Shown one piece after another: positions 47,077 through 57,162 of a DNA stretch of 64,000 nucleotides. The notes below the pieces were generated by a model. That model made no database searches, was not told the origin of the DNA, and was given only the letters and a program-made list of their open reading frames with translations. A program made the position numbers and the translations under genes. Position 1 is the stretch's first letter, and every line of letters begins with the position of its first letter. Source of the stretch: a virus; IMG/VR virus record IMGVR_UViG_3300031472_000015, positions 16,574 to 80,573 of that record; one strand, given 5' to 3'.

Positions 47077-47687
47077 TCGGCGCGTGGAGATACACCACGG
47101 TCGCGTGCCGACGCATCTGGCGCTGGTATGACCGAGTTGGCCCCGCCGAGCACGTCCGCAGCGCCATCCCCGCGTGCGCCAAGGTCGCCGGCATCGCCTT
47201 CCCGCTGCTGGCGCTGCCCGGTGCAGTGCCGGTCCCGACGCGGCCCGTGCTGCCGCCTGCCGTGCCGAGTGCGAGCTACGGCGGGTTTGCGCCTGGGGCG
47301 TTCGGGCCGGGTGCGTTCGGGCCGCTGACCGACACGGGCCTTAGTGGCGTCAGTGAAGGCCTGGGCGGCTTCGGCGGCGGACTTGTTTTCCTCAGCGGGG
47401 CAGGTGGTATCGTCAGCACCCCAGCCATCGTCAACATCGCCCCGAACGCGCTCAACGCCAGCCCGGCCATGCTGGCCGTGCTGACGCAGCCGGTCGGCGT
47501 TCCTGCGGTCATCACGGGGCCCGGGCAGGGCGTACCCATGGCGTTCGTGCCCGACGTGCCAGTTCCGCAGCCAGTGCCGTGTCCGCCCGGTGTATGGATG
47601 ATGCTGACGGCGCTGCTGGGGCTGGCTGCGGCGCGGCGGCGGGCGGCGGCGGTCAGGGTGCAACCATGCTCATCCGTCTCGACATGA
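47073..47687 (+). CDS. Low-complexity Gly/Pro protein with a PEP-CTERM-like C-terminus (VPCP variant)
   Basis: PVPCPPGVWMMLTALLGLAAARRR. Confidence 0.5.
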   Translation: MIGAWRYTTVACRRIWRWYDRVGPAEHVRSAIPACAKVAGIAFPLLALPGAVPVPTRPVLPPAVPSASYGGFAPGAFGPGAFGPLTDTGLSGVSEGLGGFGGGLVFLSGAGGIVSTPAIVNIAPNALNASPAMLAVLTQPVGVPAVITGPGQGVPMAFVPDVPVPQPVPCPPGVWMMLTALLGLAAARRRAAAVRVQPCSSVST

Positions 47688-48211
47688 CCCCCGCCGAGGA
47701 ATTGGCCTGGCTGCAAGCCGCGATGGTCCGCAAGGTCGTGCCCAAGCGCCCGGGCAAGCCTCTGCCGCCGGAGCGCGCGGCGCAGCAAAGCGTAGTCGCC
47801 TATTTGCACCGAGTGCTCCCAGATGCGGTGGTGCAGCACGTACGCAACGAGGCTGCACCACGGTCCATGACGCCGCAACAGCGCATGAACTTTCACGCCA
47901 TGCGCAAGCGCGACGGGCTGACTTGGGGATTCCCGGACCTGCTGCTGTTCCTGGCTGACGGGCGCATGGGCTTGGTCGAGATGAAGCGCCCGGTCGGCGG
48001 CATCGTCTCCACGACGCAGGACGAGCTGCACGGCAAGCTGCGCGGCATGGGGCACCTAGTCGGCGTGGCGACGTGCCAGGACACCATGCGGCACCTGCTG
48101 CACGTCTGGGGCGTGACCACGCGTGAGGCTGCTGGCGCTCCTATGCGGGAGGCGGCGGTGCGGGTTGCCAAGCCTCGCACGCGGCTGCCGGCTGACGCGG
48201 TGCCGTTCTAG
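47666..48211 (+). CDS. VRR-NUC domain nuclease
   Basis: E...Q..V..YL; G...GFPDL; LVEMKRP.G.VSTTQ. Confidence 0.8.
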   Translation: MLIRLDMTPAEELAWLQAAMVRKVVPKRPGKPLPPERAAQQSVVAYLHRVLPDAVVQHVRNEAAPRSMTPQQRMNFHAMRKRDGLTWGFPDLLLFLADGRMGLVEMKRPVGGIVSTTQDELHGKLRGMGHLVGVATCQDTMRHLLHVWGVTTREAAGAPMREAAVRVAKPRTRLPADAVPF

Positions 48212-49884
48212 TGCGCGCCCAGCCGCAAACAGACTATTGGAACGCCGCAATGCCGCCAGCAGACCGGCAGGCCTTGCGCGATGCCTGGCAGGCGTATCGC
48301 TCGTGCCGCGACTGCAAGCATTGGGCGCATGAAGCCGGTCATCACGCAGGCTGCTGCGAGGCAGCTTACGAGCCTGGCGTACCAGCGTCGTTGATGACAC
48401 CAGAGGATTACACCTGCGATGATTTCGTTGCAGGTGACGGGACACTCGACGCATGACCCGCCGCTCCCAGCAGCGCACGAAGGCCAGCGACCCGCGTTTC
48501 GTCTGGCCCATCAGCGCCTCGCTCCCGCCCGTGCACAAGCCCGACGCGCCCCCGCCGGTCTGGACGGGCACGTTGTCGCTCAACCCAGGTGCCCACGTCG
48601 GCGGTACGCTGTCCCATGGCGGTTGGACGCTCGGGCTGCAAGGCGTGGTCCAGGACCCGGCACAGGGCGGCATGCTGTGCCTACGCGGCACGGTGATGAC
48701 GCGCGGGCTGGTGGCGCTGCCGTTCGAGGACTTCGGCCTGACCGCCGAGATGACGCAGCGCGCGGCGCACGGATCCTGGCTGCTCATGATGGAACGCAAC
48801 GGCGACGGGTTCCTGGGGACCGTCTGCGGAACTGGCTGGCACCTGGCCGTCCAGGGCACGCCGTTCCAGCCGGGGCGGCTGCGGCTGCGCGGCGTGGTGG
48901 GGGCGGCATGACCGACGATGCAATCAAACCAGCGCCAGAGGCAGACATCACCGTGAACGGGCACCGCCTGACAACGGCGCAGTCGATGACCGTCCGGGTC
49001 GCGCTTGGCAACTTCGCCATGACCCTTCGCGAGCAGGGCGAACCGCAGCCGGGGTCGATTGAGAGCAGCTATCTCCAGCGGATCAGCGAAGTCATGAGGG
49101 CGATGGCATGATCCGCGCCCTGGGCACGCCCGGCAACGTCGTGCCGCGCTCCAATCCCGAGCGCGACGCCCTCGCTGCCGTGCGCGGCCTGCTGCGCATA
49201 GCGCCGATGCGCGAGCCGAGCGCGTTCGTGCTGGCCGTGCTGAGCCTCAGCGAATTGGACCGCGCCGGGGTCGTAGTGGAGCGCGCATGACCCGCCCATC
49301 CGATGAGGAACGCGCCGCGAGATACGAGCAGTATCGCCTGGAACTCATTGTCGCAGATCGGGACCGCTGCAAGGCCCTGCTGGACGCGGCTGAAACACGA
49401 CTGGGGGTCGCATTGGAGCAAGCGGCGCGCGGCGATCTGGTCACGGGCTACTGCAAGGACCAAGCCGGATGACCGGGCATGGCGCCTTGATCGGGCTCGG
49501 CGATCTGAGGTATGCTGCAAGGTGTTGCGCCCACATGGCGCGGCGGGGACCGGCGGCGCTGGAGGCGCCAACCGATCCCCTGACGGCTACGGTGCTGGAG
49601 GCACACATGACCGCTCTTCGCCACGATATCGCACGCCCAGCGTGCGACTGCAATTCCGTTTTCTGTGTGTGCTCGTGAGCGCGTCTGATCGCATCCATCG
49701 CGCACGGAACACGCGCGAAGCCGCGGGACGCGCTTACCTGTTGGCGCTGCACGCTTCCATCGCGGCTGGCGAACCGCTGTATGAGCTGGCGCGCGATCAT
49801 ATGGCCTGGGATCGGGCCGCATCGCAGGTCATAGAGGTTTGCGGGACCGTGGGTGTGGATGCGCCGATGGTGTTGACTGCATGA
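48211..49884 (+). CDS. Seven small coupled hypothetical genes
   Basis: 48211-48456, 48453-48911, 48908-49111, 49108-49290, 49287-49472, 49469-49678, 49675-49884; overlapping start/stop codons. Confidence 0.55.
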
Positions 49885-52484
49885 ACGCCACCGCATCGCC
49901 AGTTGACTTCGCCGCCGTCGCTCGGTTGGCCCTGTCGCAATCGTTGGACCTGCTCACCCGCTGGTTCCCGGCCGGCAAGAAAGTGCAACGCGAGTATGTC
50001 ATCGGCAACCTCGCTGGCGACGCCGGCGATAGCCTGTCCATCAACACGCAGACGGGCCGCTGGGCCGACTTCGCCGCCAATGCGGCTGGCGGCGACCTCG
50101 TAAGCCTGTATGCCGCCATCCATCGCCTGTCGCAATCCGAAGCAGCCCGAAGGCTGGCAGCGGAGCTAGGACAACCAATGGAGGCGCGCACCTCTCGCGC
50201 AGTCCCACCGCGCACCTTGCAGCCGGTCCTGGCCGCTGCGGCGGAGCAGTGGACGCCCGTCCTGCCAATCCCGGAGGATGCACCCGCGCCACCACCTTCG
50301 CACCCCGCGCATGGACGCCCAACGCACGTTGCGACTTACCGCAACCGGGACGGCTTGCCCCTTGGACTGATCTATCGCTGCGAGCCGAAGGGCAAGCGCA
50401 AGCAGGTGATGCCGCTGACCTGGTGCGTCCACACCGATGGGCATCACGCTTGGCAATGGAAGTCCCTGCCCAAGCCCCGCAGCCTCTACGGCGCCGAGCT
50501 GCTGGACGCGGCACCAGCCGCAACGGTGCTGGTGGTGGAAGGCGAGGGCAAGTGCGAAGCCGGCCGGCGCCTGCTGGGCAGCCGCATGACGGTGGTCGCT
50601 TGGCCGGGCGGTGCCAATGCCACCGGCACAGCCGATTGGTCGCTGCTCCGGGACCGCAAGGTGATCGTTTGGCCTGATGCGGACAAGCCTGGCGCTGATG
50701 CCGCGACGGCTATCGTGCGGGCCGTCAAGGCGTTCGGCGCGAATGCCCGCATCGCGGCTCCTCCTGTCTACGTGGCGGACGGCTGGGACCTGGCCGACGC
50801 CGAACATGAGGGCTGGACTGCGGAGCAAGTCATGGATCATCTCGGCCTCACCAGTACGCCCCGGGTGACGCCGCTTGTTCGCCGGTCCGCCAACCTCGAT
50901 GCCATCCGCGTCGTCAAAGGGGAGGCAGACCTGGCCGCATCGGCTGGCGAGGATGCGTTGCTGGCCTCGAAAATGCCCGTGTTCCGGCGGGACAAGCTGC
51001 TTGTGCAGCCAGTTTCGCAGAAGGTGCCGGCCAGCGGCGGGCGGATGACTATCGCCGCAGGGCTGGACACCATCGGGCTGTTCGGCCTGATCGACCTGCT
51101 GTGCCAGGCCGTCGAGTGGGTCAAGTACGACAAGCGGGACGAGAAGTGGAAGCCGATCAATCCGCCGGCCGACGTGACCAGCATCATCCTCTCCCGCGCC
51201 GCCAAGTCGCGCCTGCCGAGCATCGCAGGCGTCATCACCACGCCCACGCTCCGGCCGGACGGCTCCCTGCTGCTGGAGGCGGGTTATGACGAGGCAACCC
51301 GCCTTTACCACATCCAGGACACCGCACTGCGCTTGCCGACCCTGCCGGAGCGGCCGACCAAGGCCAATGCCCTGGAGGCCCTGGCCGACCTTGATGCGCT
51401 GCTGATCGGCTTCCCGTTCTCGGACGACCCGCGGTACGACAAGGCCGGCGTCGCCCTGCCTGTCCAGCACATCTCCAAGGCGGTGGCGTTGTCGGGCATC
51501 ATCACGGCTGTCGTGCGCGGCGCCTTGTCTGTCGCACCCATGCACGCCTTCAAGGCCAGCACCGCCGGCAGCGGCAAGTCGTACCTCGTGGACCTTGCCA
51601 GCCTGATCAGCACCGGGCGGCCCTGCCCGGTCACGTCCGCTGCACCCGACGACCAGGCCGAGACGGAGAAGCGGCTCGTTGGCTTGCTACTGGCCGGCTA
51701 CCCGATCATCAGCCTGGACAACGTGAACGGCGAAATCGGCGGCGACCTGCTGTGCCAGGCCATCGAACGCCCGCTGGTGCGGGTCCGCGGCCTCGGCCAC
51801 TCCACGATCACCGAGATTGAATCGCGCGCTTCCCTGTTCGCCACCGGCAATGCCTTGCGGGTGCGCGGCGACATGACCCGGCGAACGCTAATCGGCTCGC
51901 TTGATGCCGGCATGGAACGGCCGGAGACGCGGGAGTTTGCGACCGATCCCGCCGCCGAAGTGCTGGGCGACCGGGGCCGCTACGTCGCCGCCTGCCTCAC
52001 CATCGTTCGGGCCTACCTTGCAGCAGGCAAGCCGTCCCAATTGACGCCTCTGGCCTCGTTTGAGGAGTGGTCGGATTGGGTGCGTGGCGCCCTGGTATGG
52101 CTCGGCTGTGCCGATCCGGCACTGTCCATGGAGGGCGCGCGCGAGGACGATCCCGAGCTGTCGGACCTGAAAGAGCTGGTGTCGGCGTGGCGCGACTCTC
52201 TGGCACTCAACGACGGCTACACGCTTCGTGAAGTTGACACCATCTCAAACGAGAAGTCTTGGAGTGAAGATGGAACCAGGCACACAGACGAGTTGAAGCA
52301 TCCAGACTTGCGAGTTGTTCTGATGAAGATAGCTGGAGAACGCGGCGTGATGAATACTAAGAGGCTGGCCCGCTATTTCATGGATCGAGAGGGAAGGATA
52401 GCGAATGGACTTCGGATCAAACGCAAGGGCACTGGCCAAGGTGGGATATTGAACTGGAGCGTTGAAGATGTCTCGAAACGCTAG
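49881..52484 (+). CDS. Primase-helicase (TOPRIM primase + P-loop SF3-like helicase)
   Basis: GRWADFA...GGDLVSL; LYG.E.L; VLVVEGEGKCEA, WPDAD..G; GSGKSYL, LDNV, ATGN. Confidence 0.85.
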   Translation: MNATASPVDFAAVARLALSQSLDLLTRWFPAGKKVQREYVIGNLAGDAGDSLSINTQTGRWADFAANAAGGDLVSLYAAIHRLSQSEAARRLAAELGQPMEARTSRAVPPRTLQPVLAAAAEQWTPVLPIPEDAPAPPPSHPAHGRPTHVATYRNRDGLPLGLIYRCEPKGKRKQVMPLTWCVHTDGHHAWQWKSLPKPRSLYGAELLDAAPAATVLVVEGEGKCEAGRRLLGSRMTVVAWPGGANATGTADWSLLRDRKVIVWPDADKPGADAATAIVRAVKAFGANARIAAPPVYVADGWDLADAEHEGWTAEQVMDHLGLTSTPRVTPLVRRSANLDAIRVVKGEADLAASAGEDALLASKMPVFRRDKLLVQPVSQKVPASGGRMTIAAGLDTIGLFGLIDLLCQAVEWVKYDKRDEKWKPINPPADVTSIILSRAAKSRLPSIAGVITTPTLRPDGSLLLEAGYDEATRLYHIQDTALRLPTLPERPTKANALEALADLDALLIGFPFSDDPRYDKAGVALPVQHISKAVALSGIITAVVRGALSVAPMHAFKASTAGSGKSYLVDLASLISTGRPCPVTSAAPDDQAETEKRLVGLLLAGYPIISLDNVNGEIGGDLLCQAIERPLVRVRGLGHSTITEIESRASLFATGNALRVRGDMTRRTLIGSLDAGMERPETREFATDPAAEVLGDRGRYVAACLTIVRAYLAAGKPSQLTPLASFEEWSDWVRGALVWLGCADPALSMEGAREDDPELSDLKELVSAWRDSLALNDGYTLREVDTISNEKSWSEDGTRHTDELKHPDLRVVLMKIAGERGVMNTKRLARYFMDREGRIANGLRIKRKGTGQGGILNWSVEDVSKR

Positions 52485-52487
52485 GAC

Positions 52488-52592
52488 GGTGGCTTCGGTG
52501 GCTTCGGTGGCTTTGCTCAATCCCCCGCGTATGGAGATCGTTCTTCACATGGGGTGGTTAAAACTAAGCCACCAAAGCCACCAAAGCCACCC
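52488..52592. repeat. 3x GGTGGCTT(C/T) facing 3x AAGCCACC(A/C): putative replication origin
   Basis: 9-bp tandem triplets at 52488-52514 and 52566-52592 in inverted orientation with a 51-bp spacer, just after the primase stop. Confidence 0.75.
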
Positions 52593-52715
52593 AAGGGAAG
52601 ATAGGGGAGCCTTCGCATGTTCCGCGACGTGACGGCCAAAGGCGACAAGTTGGCACGCATCCGGGGACAACCCCGTGCCGCAGCGCGCGGTGGTGACGGA
52701 TCGGGGAGAACGAGT

Positions 52716-52937
52716 ATGAGCTGCTTGGTCAAACTTGGCGACCGTACTTGGGTCAATCCAGCCTGCGTCGTGTCCATCACCGCACGCGAAGGCGGCACGC
52801 TTTCGGGTCAATCAGTGGGCGCGCACGTCACCGTCACGACTGGCAGCGGCGATCTCACTTGGCCCTGCGACGACATGGCGGCGGCTGAGTTTCTGGCCGA
52901 ACACATCGGCAAACTATGCAACGGAGACCCCAAATGA
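52716..52937 (+). CDS. Small protein, paralog of 54016..54237
   Basis: LVKLGDRTWVNPACVVSI vs LIRLLDGTWVDPGHVISV; both end A..(L/I)..L.NG. Confidence 0.6.
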   Translation: MSCLVKLGDRTWVNPACVVSITAREGGTLSGQSVGAHVTVTTGSGDLTWPCDDMAAAEFLAEHIGKLCNGDPK

Positions 52938-53341
52938 AACTCAACGCTCTCGCCGTTCTGGCCCTCCTAGCCACCACTACACCCCTAGCCGCCGAGTCCG
53001 AATCCCCAGCCCCCCAATCCCTAACCCTCCTCTTCGCCCCCAACAGCACTGCCATCCGCCCCAGCGACACCCCGCTGCTCGACGCAGCCGCCCGACTCTA
53101 CCGCGACGGCCACCCGATCATCCTGGTGCTGACCGGCGGCACCGACGCGGTCGGCTCGCCGGAACTGAACCTTCGCCTCTCGCAGGCGCGCACGGTGGCA
53201 GTGCTGCATGGGCTAGTGGCGCGTGGCATTCCGGCGGGGCGCTTCCAGCTTGTGGCCAAGGGGGCGTCTGAGCCGGCTGTGCCTGCGGCGGTGGGGGTCG
53301 CAGAGGAGCGGAACCGGCGGGTTGAGATCAGGTGGCGGTAG
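52934..53341 (+). CDS. Exported OmpA C-terminal-like peptidoglycan-binding protein
   Basis: Signal peptide; F..NS, G.TD.VGS..LN..LS..R..AV, NRRVEI. Confidence 0.85.
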   Translation: MKLNALAVLALLATTTPLAAESESPAPQSLTLLFAPNSTAIRPSDTPLLDAAARLYRDGHPIILVLTGGTDAVGSPELNLRLSQARTVAVLHGLVARGIPAGRFQLVAKGASEPAVPAAVGVAEERNRRVEIRWR

Positions 53342-53624
53342 GGGTGGGGCAGGAGGTCGGTGCGCGAATGAGGTGCCGCGATGCCATGATGGCCAATGGT
53401 GACGACTTGATCCCTCGATCCTGCCCGACATGCGGCAGGCTAGGCCCGTGCAAACTGTCTCTGGACGTTCCCAACGTTCACACCGCAGACCCAGTGCCAC
53501 CCACGGGCAAACCTGACCCCACGGTGCCGCTTTGTCCGTTCTGCGGTGCCGCCGCTCATAGCACCTTCTTGTTTGGGCGTCAGGTCTTCGGCTGTCGGAC
53601 AGCGGGCTGCATGCGGAGGCCGGG

Positions 53625-54237
53625 ATGACCGACAACATCCAAGGCGGCTTCGTCCAGGTCCCCCGCATCCCAACCCTGGCGATGCTGGACGCAGCCTGCC
53701 AGGCGATGCGCCACCGGCAGGAGACCATGGGGCCGGACTGGACGCCCGTGTCCAACAAGGCGCGCATTCTCTGGGAAGCGATGCTGGCAGCTTGGGAGGT
53801 GGAGCAGCGCGAGCGGCACACTGTGCTGATCAAAGGCGTTCTGGACGACTACCACGAAGCTTTGAGCGATCCCCGGATGGCAGACGACTATGTGCCGCCT
53901 GCCGCGCCCCCGGATGTACAGTCATGACCATCCTCCTCGGCACCCTCCTCGGCCTCTGGCGGCTGCTGGCCCTCGGCGTGGCCGGCGTTGTGCGGTGGGT
54001 GCGTGGGGGTGGGGTGTGAGCCGACTAATCCGGCTTCTTGACGGCACATGGGTGGACCCGGGCCACGTCATATCGGTTTCGGCCTTTGCGGGCTTTGAGA
54101 TTGGCGACACGCAGGTTGGCCCGAAAGTGATCCTGACGCTCAGCACGACAACATTGCACTGGAGTCAACCCGATCTCGAAACGGCACAGGCCTATGCGAA
54201 CCATCTAGCAGAGCTGGTCAATGGGGCTGACGTATGA
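53625..54237 (+). CDS. Three small genes (53625-53927, 53924-54019, 54016-54237)
   Basis: Coupled ORFs; PT..ML.A motif. Confidence 0.55.
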
Positions 54238-54575
54238 CATCCAACACCGAACGCACCCTGCCGCCGGACCCGAGCGTTGCGGGATACGCCAGAACGCCCC
54301 AAATTGCCGTGCCAGGCGGCACATGGGGAGTTGGCCGTTAGGGGTGGTGCGGACAACCCGCCCAACGCCTCAGAACGTCGCGCGCGTGCGGGTCAGCGGG
54401 AGCACGGCTACCCTGGCGCGTCACGCTCTAGCCCTTCGATCAGCGCCGCACGGGATGCGTCACCCTGTCGTGCTGCTCGGGCGTCTAGGCGGGCTAGAAC
54501 AGCGCCGGACAACTCAACACGGCCAGCCTGCCGCGATGCTTTGCTGGCCTTGCTGCGCACCTGCCACGCTGCTTA

Positions 54576-54809
54576 TCACCGATAGGTCACAGTCAGGTCC
54601 AGGTTCACGATGGCGCGCGTGACGTGGTTGCCAGGGATGGCTTCCATCACGTCGACCGATACGGCGTTGCCGTGCGACCGGGCGTTGCTCAGGCTGCGCT
54701 TGATCGTGCTGGTCGCGGCCTTTACGCCTTCCTCAAGTGTGGTGAACTGCTTGCCGCCTGCCATTACCTTGTTGCACCAGTTGGATACGTAGAACATCGG
54801 GACCATCCT
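54576..54809 (-). CDS. Small antisense hypothetical gene
   Basis: GGTAGG RBS within the 18-bp motif shared with 31964. Confidence 0.5.
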   Translation of the reverse strand, partial: RMVPMFYVSNWCNKVMAGGKQFTTLEEGVKAATSTIKRSLSNARSHGNAVSVDVMEAIPGNHVTRAIVNLDLTVTYR

Positions 54810-55135
54810 ACCTGCCGGGGCTATCATCACGGGATCAGGAGCGCGGCGCCGTGACCAGCACCGCGCGCCTCACCAAGCCGCAAGCCTACGCCCTAAGCCT
54901 AGCCGCCCGCCCCATCTACCGGCAGGATCGCCTCCCCGGCATCCGCCACGACGGGACGCACTGGCTCTGGGGTTGGCCCGGTGTGGGTGCCACCGTGATC
55001 CGCGACGCCACGATGCAGGCGCTGTTCCGGGGTGCGCTGCTGTCCTACGCGCGCTTGGCGGCTTGAAGACTCCGTGGCCCTGCCGACTGAGGCAGGATGG
55101 GCTTGGCTGAACCACAACCAAAAGCAGGAATCCGT

Positions 55136-55579
55136 ATGACATCCTACCTCAGCCGCCGTGCTCTCTTTGGTGGCCTGGCCGCAATCCTGGCCGCGCCAGC
55201 CATCGTCAAGGCAGAGGCGATCATGCGGATCAGTCCGCCTTTTCTGTGGGGCGACGGCATCCACGACGACACTCAGGCAATCCAGGACATGATCGACCGT
55301 TTTGCTCGCGAGAATGCAGGCAATGCTGACCGGCTATTGTTCATGTTTCCTGTTGGAAAGCGGCTGCGTCTGGCAAAGCAGATTTGCATATGCCGCAGCT
55401 TGGGTGGTATTAGCGGCGCTATGGAGCACAAGACGCTTTTGGTCAGCACTGACGAGTCCGCCTGTCTAAGATTTGCTGTTGAACCTGGTTTAGACGGGAC
55501 CGATCTCCCATATCTTGTGACAAATTTTCATGTGACTGGCGGAATTATACCCACGCAAAGCTTGTCCAATGCCGACTGA
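55136..55579 (+). CDS. Tat-like leader plus GDG.HDDT.AIQ (pectate-lyase-3 N-motif) small protein
   Basis: SRRALFGGLAA; LWGDGIHDDTQAIQ. Confidence 0.55.
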   Translation: MTSYLSRRALFGGLAAILAAPAIVKAEAIMRISPPFLWGDGIHDDTQAIQDMIDRFARENAGNADRLLFMFPVGKRLRLAKQICICRSLGGISGAMEHKTLLVSTDESACLRFAVEPGLDGTDLPYLVTNFHVTGGIIPTQSLSNAD

Positions 55580-55779
55580 GGCGGAGCGCAGGTGGTTGGA
55601 GGAGCATTCGTGATGGAAATGGTAAATCAAGCGTGGATTGCCATACTGGCTTTGGTCGTGTCGAGCGTGACGCTGAGAATCTGCGGACTTCCAGCAGAGG
55701 CGCATGACGTTGCGTTGATGTCAGAAGGCGCAGCGGGCGTGAACTTCATTTACATGCGCGCTTTGGTGCGAAAGGGCCT

Positions 55780-56201
55780 GTGATGATGGCCCTAGCCTGG
55801 CTCCTGGGCGCTATGGTCGCCGGACCCATCGGCTACGTCGCCGGCCGATGCGTGGGCCACCACCGCGCGCTCCGGCTGTTGTGCGATGTGAACAACGCGG
55901 TGCAGGTGCTGGATGCGACTGAGGGATTCGATGGGGCGCGGCGCCGGGTTGTGGCTGTGCGGGCGTTTCGAATGCTGCGGGGTGTTTCGTGACCCGCTAC
56001 ATCGCCCACCGCAGCGCGCCGCGCGCCTGGACCGACGATGCACCCGTCAGTGTCATCGCACGCCCGACGCTGACAGTCCACGAGGCCGATAACGCACCTA
56101 TCGATACCGGGCTGCTTGATGCCCATGGGGTGCCGCTCTACCGCGTGCGGGAGCGGGCGGCGGTGGGGTTTGATCTGACAGACAGGAGCCGCCCATCATG
56201 A
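55780..56201 (+). CDS. Two small genes (55780-55992, 55989-56201)
   Basis: Coupled ORFs. Confidence 0.5.
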
Positions 56202-57157
56202 ACGCCATCGTCAGCCCGGTCGTTGACCCCACAAGCGACGTATCGACTGCTGGACCTGCATGGTCTGATGCTGAATACGTCGCTGCCCTGGCCGAGAACG
56301 CATCACGCGATGCAGCACGAGACGTAGCATGGGACGCTCAGGACGCCCTGGACCGCATGGCACGCAACCGTGCATCCGCCACCCGGCTGGGGAGCTTGGC
56401 CCAGCCTGCCGCAATGCCGCCGATCCCGCCCAGGGCATTCCGCATGATGCAGCTCACGCAAGCCATCAAGGAGGCGCGGGACGAACTGGCCATAGCCGAC
56501 TGCGCCCGCCGAGCGGCACGGGGCCGGGTCGCCAAGGAGAAGCTGCGGTCGCCTGTGACGCGGGCGCGGAGCCGGCTGAATGCGGCAGAGGCAGCGCTGA
56601 CGGCCGAGAAGCACGGCGCCGAAATGGCGGACGCCGTAATGCGGACGAATCAAGTGCGTTCGGATGTGCTGGTGCCGGTTAGGACAGGCGAGATGCGCGA
56701 CGGCAAGCATGTGGTCCGCATGGAGCGGCAGGATGTTGTGCTCCGCCAGGCGCAGGTTGTCGTATCGGACGCCGGGCGCATTGAGAAAGTGACGGCCTTG
56801 GGCCGGCTGGTGCGGGATCGGTGCTTGACCCAGCAGCAGGGGGCGGCGCTGGTGCGTTATCGTGAGGCCCATGAGGCATCTGAGGCTGGGTTGTTCGGGG
56901 GTGGCCTTAACCCCGACGCAGTCGGCGGCAGTGGTTCGTCCACCGGCGGGAATGCCCGGATTGAGTCCGCCGTCGCCGATGGCATCCTGCTGGGCAAGAT
57001 GCGGGCGGCACTGTTCCCGCGAGGACTCAATTTGGTCGAGCACGTCGCCGTGCGCGGGCTCACGGTCGCGAGCTGGGCCGCGCAGCAGGAGATGAACCCG
57101 GCGCGGGCCATGGGGCTGCTGGAAGCAGTGGCGGATATATTGGCGGGGGTGGAGTAG
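56198..57157 (+). CDS. Putative late-gene regulator (Q-position protein)
   Basis: End of the nin-like region; L..L.....LT..Q..A...YR..H and C-terminal HTH-like segment. Confidence 0.45.
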   Translation: MNAIVSPVVDPTSDVSTAGPAWSDAEYVAALAENASRDAARDVAWDAQDALDRMARNRASATRLGSLAQPAAMPPIPPRAFRMMQLTQAIKEARDELAIADCARRAARGRVAKEKLRSPVTRARSRLNAAEAALTAEKHGAEMADAVMRTNQVRSDVLVPVRTGEMRDGKHVVRMERQDVVLRQAQVVVSDAGRIEKVTALGRLVRDRCLTQQQGAALVRYREAHEASEAGLFGGGLNPDAVGGSGSSTGGNARIESAVADGILLGKMRAALFPRGLNLVEHVAVRGLTVASWAAQQEMNPARAMGLLEAVADILAGVE

Positions 57158-57162
57158 TCGCG

